From NCBI GenBank assembly GCA_951406725.2, contig OX597840.1, positions 8,866,001 to 8,930,000 on the forward strand: DNA of 64,000 bases, written 5' to 3'. Under the pieces are notes generated by a model. That model saw nothing but the letters and a program-made list of their open reading frames with translations, was not told where the DNA came from and ran no database searches. Shown one piece after another: positions 12,125 through 25,018 of the stretch. The position numbers and the translations under genes were made by a program. The stretch's first letter is position 1, and each line of letters begins with the position of its first letter. This DNA comes from Octopus vulgaris (taxonomy: Eukaryota).

Positions 12125-13217
12125 CTGCTAGACAGGTGAGAGAGATAGACAACCTGATACACAGGTGACAGAAAGACAGAGAGACTGACAGACAGGTGAC
12201 AAAGGAAAGAGGGAGGGAGAGAGAGAGAAAGAGAGGTAGGGGGAGAGGGGGATGTGAGACAGGCTGATAGACAGAGAAGAGAGAGAAAGAGAGAGAGAAA
12301 GAAAGAGAGGGAGGGAGGGAGAGGGGGAGATGTGAGAGGTGAGACAGGCTGATAGACAGAGAAAAGAGAGAGAGAGGGAGAGAGAGAAATGGAGAGAGAA
12401 AGAGAGGGAGAAAGAGAGGGAGAGAGAGGGAGAGAGAGAGGGGGATGTGAGACAGGCTGATAGATAGAGAAAAGAGAGAGAGAGGGGGAGAGGGAGAGAC
12501 AGATAGACAGGTGAGAGAGACAGACAGACAGATAGTCAAAAGAGAGACAACCTGACACACAGGTGACAGAAGAGAGAGAGAAAAGAGAGAAAGAAAAAGA
12601 GAGAGAGACTGACAGACAGGTGACAGAGAGACAGACGCAGAGCAGACAGACAGACATAATGATATTAGAAGACAGAAGAATGCAAAAAAGACTGGAAGAA
12701 AGAATGAAGGATGGAGATGCAACAGTTAATTGTGATGGTACTGACGTGAATTTCCCAAAATGAAAACATCAATATGAAAGAATTTGTTTGTCTTGTTGAT
12801 AATTAATATCAGAAAGGAAACGAGACTGCAGAATCAGAACTGCCATGATGGGGGGGAAGGGGTGAGAGGAAGAGAGAGAGAAGGAGAGAGAGAGAGAGGG
12901 AGAGAAAATGGTTTGGAAGCGTTAAGCACATTCTCCGGAGAAATGGAGAAGAAGAAGAATGAAATGAGCCAAAAAAGAGAACAACAGGCGAACAGGCATG
13001 TGGCTGAACCTAACGGAACATTGCCCTCCCTCCCCGTTTTTTGGGGGTTTTTTTTGGTTTTTTTTCCATTATTCCTTCCTTCCTTCCTTCCTTCATCTCT
13101 CCCCTCCATCCCCCACCCCCACCACCAAATTCTTCATCCAAAGCGACGATGACGAAATGAAGAGTCGAAGAATTACCGAACAGAACGGTGGAATTTCAGA
13201 AATACTTACATACATAT

Positions 13218-13268
<51 letters not shown>

Positions 13269-13280
13269 TAAAAAAACATA

Positions 13281-13320
<40 letters not shown>

Positions 13321-13519
13321 TGTACGTACCTACATCTACATGTATATATACACGCATATATGAGTACAGGACACCAAAAAACGTCGAACACAATGAGAAA
13401 CGAAAACATAGACACAAACCCAAGGAACTGGACATTTTTCTTAAACAACAAAAAAAATAGAATATATATACTTTATTTAAAGCAGCAGAAAATTCAACAA
13501 AACCTGTTACTCTGAGTAA

Positions 13520-13576
13520 CAGCAAAAACTGTCCGACGAACGGGAACGTGGAACTCAGAGTAACAGGTTTTGTTGA
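13520..13576 (+). ncRNA. Type I minimal hammerhead ribozyme-like motif (Penelope-like relic)
   Basis: CAGCAAAAACTGT-CCGACGA-ACG(GGAA)CGT-GGAA-CTC(A)GAG-TA-ACAG(G)TTTTGTTG. Stems I-III present; two core deviations (U4C, GAAA to GGAA). Confidence 0.6.
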
Positions 13577-13685
13577 ATTTTCTGCTGCTTTAAAATAAAG
13601 CATATTACTCTACTCACTGGTATTTGAGTACTCTTTTTTCCACCTTGTTTCACATTTATGTGTTTACTCCGGTATATATATATAT

Positions 13686-13902
13686 ACATACAAAATTTAG
13701 AGGAATGACCACTATTAGTGGACAGCCTATATGCTAGAAATAGATGTCAAACTTGCCATTTACCAAGAAAAATGTGTTCTGAAAAAAAATTCATCAAAAT
13801 TTTTGAGAACACATTCTTCGTGGTAAATGGTGAGTTTGACGTCTATTTCTAGCATACAGGCTGTCCACTATTAGTGGTCATTCCTCTAAATTTTGCATGT
13901 AT
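13686..13902. repeat. Long imperfect inverted repeat (about 100-bp arms)
   Basis: AAATTTAGAGGAATGACCACTATTAGTGGACAGCC... mirrored by ...GGCTGTCCACTATTAGTGGTCATTCCTCTAAATTT. Confidence 0.85.
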
Positions 13903-14499
13903 AAAATTTTTAATCTTCGGATTTAAAAAATATGCTAGGTAACTGGTTTTAATTGATTAATATCAATTTCTACCCTTATTTAATTTTATATATATATAAA
14001 TGGCAGTGCCCCAGCATGGCCACAGCTCATGAGCTGAAACTGGAAAAATCAAAATATATATATATATATATATATAATATATATATATTTGTATGTGTGT
14101 GTGTGTGTGTGTAAATATGTATGTATATGTATGTATGTATTTGTGTGTATGTAGAATGACAATAATAATAATAATAATAATAATAATAACGATGATAGCA
14201 TTGATGATGATAATTTCTTTTCTTTGCCACTTGGGCAACAATTGAAAGGGGGACAATTAGACGATTAGTTCCTACATAGATACAAGGCATGAAAATTTGG
14301 AGGGGAAGTCTTTGGTGAAAACTCCCGACCCCATCTCCTACCCGTAGCACTCTCTGCTGCGGAACCCCAGGAAAGGTCGAAAGACCAGAGCGGAGAACGT
14401 TGGAGAGGAACAACAACAAAGAAAGAAGCACAATGCAATTTGACCAATTCCGTACCACCAATGCAGCCATCGACCAATCATTGATGACGACGACGACGA

Positions 14500-14818
14500 C
14501 GATAATAATGATAATAATAATTATAATAATAATAATAATATAATAATAATAATAATATAATAATAATAATAATGATAATAATAATATAATAATAATAATA
14601 ATAATAATAATATAATAATAATAATAATATAATAATAATATAATAATGATAATAATAATAATATAATAATAATATAATAATAATAATAATATAACAATAA
14701 TAATATAATAATAATATAACAATAATAATATAATAATAATAATAATAATTATATAATAATATAATAACAATAATAATGATAATAATATAATAATGATAAT
14801 AATAATAATATAATAATA

Positions 14819-14859
<41 letters not shown>

Positions 14860-15063
14860 TAATAATAATAATAATGATAATAATAATGATAATATAATAA
14901 TAATAATAATGATAATAATAATAATGATGATGATGATGATGATGATAATAATAATAATAATAATTATATAATAATAATAATAACAATAATGATGATGATG
15001 ATGATGATAATAATGATAATGATAATAATAATAATGATAATAATAATGATAATAATAATGATA
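14500..15063. repeat. (AAT)n/(GAT)n microsatellite
   Basis: Directly visible. Confidence 0.95.
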
Positions 15064-15767
15064 AAGCAGTAACATTTCGTTTATCCAGAGTAAAATATCT
15101 CATTGAATGGTGATGTGAAGTGAGGTGGTGAGCTAAAGGAAGAACATTTTACCCTCCACTAATATCAGCTCTGTCCATAAGGAAGTGTTTCTTTATCTTT
15201 CTCTCTCTCTTTGTTTGTGAGAGAGAGAGAGAGAAGGAGAGAGAGAGAGAGAAGGGGAGAGAGAGAGGGAGGGAGGGAGAATGCAGCCAGGTTCTGCAAT
15301 GCTGGTCCGTGGTCGTGGCAGAAGACGGTCTGAAAGGCAAATCGTCAGGTCGGAAGGTTTGAACTACGAGGAGAAAAAAGCAAAAACGAAGGAAGGAAGA
15401 AAGGACCAATTACTGAAAGAGAAAGAGAGAGAGAGAGAGAGAGGTGGGGAGGAGGGGGGATAGAGACGAATGGGTATGGGTGTGTGTGTGTGTGCAATGA
15501 CAAATGTCGCAGATTGATGACGAAGATGACAGCAGTGGTGGTGCTGGTCGTGGTGAGGGTTGTGGTGGTGTTGAAAGGATGCTGAGAATGGAACAAAAAA
15601 AAAAGAATCTAAAAAAAAATATTTTTTTAAAATAAGCTGCAACGGTCTCCTCTTCCTCCTCCTCCTCTTTCTCCTCACCACCGCCACCGCTTTCATGTAC
15701 AAAGGTGAAATATCAAAATAAATAAATAAATAATTTACCGCACACAAGAAGCAAATATGGTAATACA

Positions 15768-15828
<61 letters not shown>

Positions 15829-15859
15829 CCTTACATTAATATACATACACACATGCACA

Positions 15860-15896
<37 letters not shown>

Positions 15897-15898
<2 letters not shown>

Positions 15899-16085
15899 TT
15901 TATTTAAAGCAGCAGAAAATTCAACAAAACCTGTTACTCTGAGTTTCCCGTTGCCGGCAACGGGACTCAGAGTAACAGGTTTTGTTGAATTTTCTGCTGC
16001 TTTAAATAAAGCATATTACTCTACCACCGGTATTTGAGTACTCTTTTTTCCACCTTGTTTCACATTTATGTGTTTACTCCGGTAT
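15897..16085 (+). mobile_element. Second copy of the 13468-13675 fold-back element (near-perfect hairpin plus shared 3' tail)
   Basis: Same arms and the same tail CATATTACTCTAC...TTTACTCCGGTA. Confidence 0.8.
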
Positions 16086-16217
16086 ATATGTACATGAACC
16101 TTGCACAATATACATACACACAGAAATATACATACACATGCACACCAATATATATATATATATATGCATGAACATACACACACAAATATACATGCGCACA
16201 CCATGATATATATATAC

Positions 16218-16266
<49 letters not shown>

Positions 16267-17128
16267 CATGAACCTTACAGTAATATACATACACACCAAT
16301 ATATATATATATATATATATATGTGCATGAGTCTTACATTATTATACATACACACAGAAATATACATACATACATGCACACCAATATATATATATGTGTG
16401 TGTGTGTGTGTGCATGAACCATACATTAATATACATACATACACAAATATATATATATATATATATATACATGCACACCAATATATATATATGCATGTGT
16501 GTATATTATTCAAATATTATACGGATGCAAAAATCACATCATCATCATCATCATCATCATTACCAGCAGCATCACCGCTAACATTGTTGTTGTCTAGCAA
16601 ACAGGAGGGATGCGTGTATAAGAAGAGAGCGTGAGAGAGAGAGAGAGTGTGTGTGTGTGTGTGTGTGTGTGGATGCTAATGGATGTGCATGTCTGTCAGA
16701 CAACTGTTGCAACTGATTGAACGATGCGTGTGCATATGTGTGTGCATATGCGTGTGCATTCATAAATGCATGCATAAACCGAAGCAGAGAGGACAACAGA
16801 TACAACCCCCCCCCCCCCACCACCACCACCACCCTCTCACGCTAACCGATGTGAATATGTAACGAAATTAACGAAGCCAGACCCAATTAGATTTGTTTTA
16901 ATCTAATTTCTTCTTCTTTTTTTTTTTTTTTTTTTTTTTTTTAATTATTATAATTTGGAATTTTAGAGAATTTAATTTTTTTTTGTTTGTTTTGTTAGGT
17001 TTTGATTTTTGAAATGCGATATCTTCTGGCATTCTTTCCCAGTCCTTCGGATTAAAATATGAATGTTGCATAGAAGCAGAATTATGTACGTATATATATG
17101 TGTGTATATATATATAAATCTTTGCAGA

Positions 17129-17217
<89 letters not shown>

Positions 17218-17224
17218 TTGCAGA

Positions 17225-17262
<38 letters not shown>

Positions 17263-17271
17263 ATCTTTGCA

Positions 17272-17303
<32 letters not shown>

Positions 17304-17753
17304 AAAATCTTTGCAGATCATCATCATCGTTTAACGTCCGTTCTCCATGCTAGCATGGGTTGGACGGTTCGACCGGGGATCTGGGAAGCCAGAAGGCTGC
17401 ACCAGGCTCCAGTCTGATCTGGCAGTGTTTCTACAGCTGGATGCCCTTCCTAATGCCAACCACTCCGTGAGTGTAGTGGGTGCTTTTTACGTGCCACCTG
17501 CACAGTATATATATATATATATATATATATACTCTTACTCTTTTACTTGTTTCAGTCATTTGACTGCGGCCATGCTGGAGCACTGCCTTTAGTCGAGGAA
17601 ATCTTTGTAAGCCTAGTACTTATTCTATCGGTCTCTGTTGCCGAACCGCTAAGTTACGGGGGACGTAAACACACCAGCATCGGTTGTCAAGCAATGCTAG
17701 GGGGACAAACACAGACACACAAACACATATATATATATATACATATATATATA

Positions 17754-17819
<66 letters not shown>

Positions 17820-18026
17820 TCTTTTACTTGTTTTAGTCATCTGACTGTGGCCATGCTGGAGCACCGCCTTCAGTCGAGGAAATCGACTCCCAGGACTTAT
17901 TCTTTGTAAGCTTAGTACTTATTCTGTCGGCCTCTTTTGCCGAACCGCTAAGTTACGGGGACGTAAACACACCAGCATCGGTTGTCAAGCGATGTTGGGA
18001 GGACAAACATAGACACACAAACACAC

Positions 18027-18057
<31 letters not shown>

Positions 18058-18231
18058 TATATATATATATATATATACACATATATATATATATACATAT
18101 ATACGACGGGCTTCTTTCAGTTTGGTCAGCCCGAGGCTATAGTAGAAGACACTTGCCCAAGGTGCAAGAGGGACTGAACCCGGAACCATGTGGTTGGAAA
18201 GCAAGCTACTTACCACACAGCCACTCCTGCG

Positions 18232-18274
<43 letters not shown>

Positions 18275-18560
18275 TTTGTATGTATGTATATATATATATA
18301 TATATAAATATATCTATATTTACACACACACATTTAAAAACAGATAGTGGATAAGAGTACTTGTTAGCATTTTGCATCGAATGTCTCCCAGTATTTGCTC
18401 CAACCCTCTGTGCACAAAGTTCAAACCTTACCAAGGTCAATGTCGCCTTTCATCCATCCAAGGGGGTCAATAAAAACGAACCAATTAAGGCAGTCAGATT
18501 GTCAAAACTGTCAGATCATCCAGGTGAGATGCCTTGTGGTAGCTCTGCCGGGTTCATTGT

Positions 18561-18656
18561 GTTCTCACGGCAACACCTTTGACAACAGCACTGTCAAACT
18601 GCATCAACCCTAAAGGAATAACCTTCCGCTTGGCAAAACATTGTTGCCATGGAAAC
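18561..18656. promoter_or_regulatory. Candidate enhancer with two RFX X-box-like motifs
   Basis: GTTCTCACGGCAAC (18561-18574) and GTTGCCATGGAAAC (18643-18656) in non-repetitive sequence, with CTGTCA/TGACA sites nearby. Confidence 0.4.
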
Positions 18657-18725
18657 AGGAAACTTACATGCATGGTCAACTGTCGGATCATCATCATCCT
18701 CATTTAAAGTCCATTGTCCATGCTG

Positions 18726-19470
18726 TATGTTTGGGATGTCCGATGCAGCCTGACCATGGTCTTTGGAGAGCCTGCTAGGGGCACTATGTCTGTGGGAAGA
18801 CCGTTCTTACAATACAAGGATGTTTGCAAAAGGGACATGAAGGCCTGCGACATCAATATTAGCAACTGGGAAGCAGTTGCCAGCAACTGTGGAGAATGGC
18901 GATGTACCGTAAAAGAGGGAACACAAAGGAGAGCTTGCTAGGGGTACTGTGTCTGTGGGAAGACCGTTCTTACGTTACAAGGATGTTTGCAAAAGGGACA
19001 TGAAGGCCTGCAACATCAATATTAGCGGTTGGGAGGCAGTTGCCGGCAACTGTGGAGATTGGCGACGTACCGTAAAAGAGGGAACACAAAGGAGAGCTTG
19101 CTAGGGGTACTGTGTCTGTGGGAAGACGGTTCTTACGTTACAAGGATGTTTGCAAAAGGGACATGAAGGCTTGCAACATCAATATTAGCGGTTGGGAGGC
19201 AGTTGCCGGCAACCGTGGAGATTGGCGATGTACCGTAAGAGAGGGAACACAAAGGAGTGACAGAGAGAGAGAGGAGAAATGGAAAGACAAGAAAAGACAT
19301 CAACAAGAAACTGACATAACAACCAGCCAGGAACAGTCTTCGCTACATTTGCGGCACCTGGCAGAGGGAGTGTTTGTCCAGGATAGGACTACACAGCCAC
19401 AGCAGGAGATGTATTAGGACGTGAAATGTAAAAGCCGGTCTAGATTATTTTATGCATAACTCCATGGTTA
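18726..19470 (+). mobile_element. RTE-type LINE 3' fragment with an internal 163-bp triplication
   Basis: GRPFLQYKDVCKRDMKACDINISNWE...WRCTVKEG repeated at 18765, 18928 and 19091, then a C2H2-like end. Related copy at 23524-23930 (YICGTCQRECLSRIGLHSH). Confidence 0.85.
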
Positions 19471-19903
19471 GCATGCTGAAGGCCTGTACCACATTCCAGT
19501 CTGATTTGGCATGGTTTCTACAGCTGGATGCCCTTCCTAATGACAACCACTCCGAGAGTGTAATGGGTGCCTTTATGTGCCAGTTGTGTGGCCCCAGTAT
19601 CTCCATTATGACTATAATTTCACTTGGCTTGATGGGTCTTCTACTCAAGCACAGCATATTGCCAAAGGTCTCGGTCATTTGTCGCTACCTCCACGAGGCC
19701 CAAAGCTCAAAGGGTGTGTTTTTGCTTCTTTATGTGCCACTGGCAAAGGGCGCAAGTTATGTAACACCAACACCCACCACATTGCCTCTGTGAGGCCCAA
19801 CACTCGAAAGGTCCTTTTTATGTGTCACCAGCATGGGTGCCATTTAAGTGACACCGGCATTAACCAGGACTATGATTTCACTTGGCTTGACAGGTCTTCT
19901 TAA

Positions 19904-20949
19904 CCCTTTTGTTACCGTATTTCTGTTGAGATGCTCTGTGTTTCTTTCAATTAATTTTAAATATAACAATAAATTTAGTAAAATAACTTAATTATCATTA
20001 AGCTAGTGTTAGGAACATAAATTGTGATTAAGGTTTGGTGGAAGATTTTAATTCAAAACTTATGAAAACAAGACATTTGTACTACAGAGCCAGAGGTGGT
20101 TTCAGACGAGTTGGTATCAAAAGGGTAAAATTAATCATTTATTAACCCTTTTGTTACTGTATTTATTTTGAGATGCTCTGTGTTTCTTTCAATTAATTTT
20201 GACTATAATAAAGAATTTAGTAAAATAACTTAGTTATCATTCAGCTAGTGTTAGGAACATAAATTGTGACTAAGGTTTGGTGGAATATTTTAATTCAAAA
20301 CTTATGAAAACAAGACATTTGTACTCAGAGCCAGAGGCGGTTTCAGTCGGGTTGGTATCAAAAGGGTTAAATATAACAAAGAATTTAGAAAAAAAAAAAA
20401 TTGGTTATCATTAAGCTAGTGTTAGGAACATAAATTGTGATTAAGGTTTGGTGGAAGATTTTAATTTAGAACTTATGGAAACAAGACATTTGTACTACAG
20501 AGCCAGAGATGGTTTCAGACAAGATTGTATCAAAAGGGTTAAATATAACAAAGAATTTAGTAAAATAACTTAGTTACCATTAAACAAGTGTTAGGAACAT
20601 AAATTGTGACTAAGGTTTGGTGGAAGATTTTAATTCAAAACTTATGAAAACAAGACAATTGTACTACAGAGCCAGAGGTGGTTTCAGACGAGTTGGTATC
20701 AAAAGGGTAAAATTAATCATTTATTAACCCTTTTGTTACTGTATTTATTTTGAGATGCTCTGTGTTTCTTTCAATTAATTTTGACTATAATAAAGAATTT
20801 AGTAAAATAACTTAGTTATCATTCAGCTAGTGTTAGGAACATAAATTGTGACTAAGGTTTGGTGGAAGATTTTAATTCAAAACTTATGCAAACAAGACAT
20901 TTGTGCTACAGAGCCAGAGGCGGTTTCAGTCGGGTGGGTATCAAAAGGG
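19904..20949. mobile_element. Array of piggyBac-like MITEs (about 220-bp unit; full and partial copies)
   Basis: TTAA|CCCTTTTGTTAC...GGTATCAAAAGGG|TTAA; five units. Confidence 0.85.
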
Positions 20950-21807
20950 TTAAGTATGGCATACTGTCAAAGGTTCCAGTCACTGGTCATTGCCCCCATG
21001 AGGCCCAATGTTCTGAATAAATATTACAAGACCTGCCCCTACATGGTCAATATTGACTGACCAGCATTCTTATAACAAGCACGAACAACCTTTTTTTGGG
21101 AAGCAGTCAGTATTACTTAAAAAACTCAAGGTAATTTCATTTATTAGGTATACCATTCAAAAAAGTCCTGCCGGCTGAGGTTTGTCTTTGACTGACCTAT
21201 AATAAGTGTGCGCATCATCATCATCATGATAAATGCATTTCAAGTATTTACGTTGCTGAAATTAGTTCCATCAAATTGGTTTACTTTCATATGTAGTACT
21301 CAATGCAGAATGCATGTGAAGAGCTTCAAGTCCTTTATTTATCATCATCATCGTTGGTGTTTAACGTCTGCTTTCTATGCTGGCATGCATTGGACGGTTT
21401 GACTGAAGATTGGCCCAAGCGCCAATCTAATCTGGCAAGGTTTCTACAGCTGGATGACCTTCCTAATGCCAACCTGTCCAAAAGTGTAGTGGGTGCTTTT
21501 TAGGTACCACCAGCATGAGGGCCAGTCGGGTGGTATTGGCATTGACCACCCTTGAATGGTGCTTTTTACATGCCACTGGCACGGGAGCCAGTCAGGTGGC
21601 ACTGGCAACGACCACGCCTGAATGGTGCTTTTTACATGTCACTGGCACGGGAGCCAGTCAGGTGGCACTAGCATCGACCACACTCAAATGGTGCTTTTTA
21701 TGTGCCACCAGTATGGGTACCAGTAAGTTTGGAAAATGAAAGCTTCTACTATGAGGCCGACCAAAAGTTGAAACAATTATAGTGAAAATTTTTAAATAAT
21801 GATACAC

Positions 21808-21874
<67 letters not shown>

Positions 21875-21919
21875 TATATATAATATATATATATACATAT
21901 ATATATACAATATATAATA

Positions 21920-21985
<66 letters not shown>

Positions 21986-21987
21986 AT

Positions 21988-22048
<61 letters not shown>

Positions 22049-22050
22049 TA

Positions 22051-22092
<42 letters not shown>

Positions 22093-22105
22093 ATATATAT
22101 ATAAT

Positions 22106-22174
<69 letters not shown>

Positions 22175-22202
22175 TAATATATAATATTATTATATATTAT
22201 TA

Positions 22203-22238
<36 letters not shown>

Positions 22239-23523
22239 TATATATATATATATATTTGGGTGTATAATTATTAATATGGGTGTATAATTATTAATTTAAA
22301 ATTAATAAATTTTGCCAAGTAGTTTTGGTATGTAAAGAGAACCATTATCGGTAGGAAATTTTACAAAAAGTCTTTATATATATATACGTGCACACCCACA
22401 CATGTCATGCACGCATGAGTGTGTGTATCACATGTCTAATCCATAATTATGTCTGGGAAAAGGTATTTAGTTTTGCATCTCCAGAAATGTCAGGAGTTCC
22501 TGAATAGCCATAGGTGGAACAAAATATATTTTGTCAGACTAATGATTATGGATTAAATACTTTATTTACTGTCAGAGTCATCTTTGAGTTCTTCATTCCA
22601 AGTGGCCGATAGAGCTTCTTTTGAACTTATTATCTCTGGAATATGTTTATGCGTATATTTTATGATTTTGCTTGGCCGTAGTGATAATAATAACCTGTTG
22701 TTAGAACTCTTTACTCTCTCTTTAACTTGTTTCAGTCATGTGACTGTGGCCATGCTGGAGCACCGCCTTTAGTTGAGCAAATCGCCCCCAGGACTTATTC
22801 TTTGTAAGCCTAGTACTTATTCCATCGGTCTCTTTTGCCGAACCACTAAGTGACAGGGACGTAAACACACCAGCATCGGTTGTCAAACAATGTGGGGGAG
22901 AGACAAACACAGACACACAAATATATACACAAACATACATGCACACATATATATATATACATATATACGATGGGCTTCTTTCAGTTTCCATAAACCAAAT
23001 CCACTAACAAGGCTTTGGTCGGCCCGAGGCTATAGTAGAAGACACTTGCCCAAGGTGCCTCGCAGTGGGACTGAATCTGGAACCATGTGGTTGGTAAGCA
23101 AGTTACTTACCACACAGCCACTCCTACATCTGTATACATTTGCTTTAGAATAAAGTGTCAGGTGAGGATAGAACATAATATGTCAAGGAAACAAGAGTTA
23201 TGTTATCTTCATCAGCTTACAACTGTTTCTTCTATAAGAAGTTGTGCCCTCATATATACGCACACATTCTGGAACCCACACATGGGCAGAGAAATTCAAA
23301 GGATTGCTTTGGTCTAATGGTAGAATGTCTATCATATTTACAAGAGATGTGAGTTTGAGTCCCGCAGGCAACTTTCAACTTTTTCTATTCAAACGGGTCA
23401 TTAATCCAATATTTACATAGTATTATTTAGAGCTTCATGTGCTTCAAGGGATAGGTTGTAGGTGACGGTAGAGCCAAGATAGGTAGACTTCTCCACCTCC
23501 TGTAGTCTGTGGTCTCCAATATG

Positions 23524-23930
23524 TATGTTTGGGATGTCCAATGTAGCCTGACCATGGTCTTTGGAGAGCCTGCTAGGGGCACTATGTCAATGGGAAGACC
23601 GTTCTTACGATACAAGGATATTTGCAAAAGGGACATGAAGGCCTGCGACATCAATATTACCAACCTGGAGATTGGCGATGTACCGTAAAAGAGGGAACAC
23701 AAAAGAGTGACAGAGGGAGAGAGGAGAAATGGAAAGACAATAAAAGACGTCAACAAGAAACTATGACATTACAACCAGCCAGGAACAGTCTTCGCTACAT
23801 CTGCGGCACCTGCCAGAGGGAGTGTTTGTCCAGGATAGGACTACACAGCCACAGCATGAGATGTATTAGGACATGAAATGTAAAAGCAGGACTAGACTAT
23901 TTTATGCGCAACTCCATTGTCTCCTGAGAC
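23524..23930 (+). mobile_element. RTE-type LINE 3' fragment
   Basis: Homologous to 18726-19470; ends with CGTCQRECLSRIGLHSHSMRC. Confidence 0.8.
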
Positions 23931-24005
23931 AAAAAGTATAACATGTGCTTCAAGAACCACTGATCATAAAAAGAATTACACACATACACACCACACATAT
24001 ATAAA

Positions 24006-24503
24006 CCCTAAATCCTCGAGTATAATACACAGGGGATTTTTAGTGGGCTGTACCTCTGAAAAACCTAAACCTTGTGTATAATACGCACCCCTTCTCTAAC
24101 TTGAGTCAAGGATGTCTATATAACGTCCTTGGTTTGTAAAGATGTATACGGTAACATCCTTTATTATTATTGTATATATAACATAGTGTAAACGTTTAGC
24201 TTTTTTGTGCATTTTGTTTGCAGAAAATAAAGAAATAACAGTAATAAATGTTTAATAAATGTTGCTTATTAGATGTTATGGATGATTCTTTTATGACTTC
24301 ATTGCTTTCAGGCTTAGCTTAAGGTATTTTCACGCCCGACATCACAAAATGCGTCTGAATAAACATTGCCGGACAGCAAATAGAGACTTGGACATTGCTT
24401 AGAAAATAGTTTTCATTTCTAACCTCGTATATATATACGCAGTAGGGATTTTGACCTTTAAATTTTTGGGAAAAAAATGCAGATTATACTCGAGGATTTA
24501 CAG
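24006..24503. mobile_element. Tc1/mariner-type MITE (reverse copy of 2032-2544)
   Basis: TAAATCCTCGAGTATA ... TATACTCGAGGATTTACAG|TA; internal sequence is the reverse complement of the 2 kb copy. Confidence 0.85.
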
Positions 24504-25018
24504 TATTTCCTTTTTGTATTTGGTTTGCAAGATTTTTAATGTGGATTCGTGTATTGAAGCATATTTTGTTGTGGAAACTGCACTGGTAAATGTGTTAATT
24601 AATAAAGCATTAATTAAAACAGAATGACTCTCCCTATATATATATGACAACCACACCATGGAAGAGAAGAGCCATTTAACGAAGCACAATGCTGTTAAAT
24701 TCACTTCCAGTTTCAATATATTTCATTTAATGTCGAGATCTGTGACCAACTGTGGCCTGGTTTCTGACCCAGTTCCACTCTAACAGTACAATGTTCAGGT
24801 CATCGACCAAGCCCCAGTTGTGCTATGGAAACTTTGACACCGAAAGAATTTATGTCTGAAATTAATTTAATAGCTTTGTGCGTTGTCGCATGGCTTTTCC
24901 TTGGTGTAGATGTCTCAATTTCATCAGTCAGTCTCTGATCAAGTCACTCGCTAGACAAGTACAACTCTGAGATACATATATACATACATATCATATTATA
25001 TATGTGTGTGTATATATA

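Noticed and set aside
21810-22256. Long irregular (TA)n and poly-T tract
   Set aside because: Simple repeat, possibly with long-read consensus errors; no further structure.
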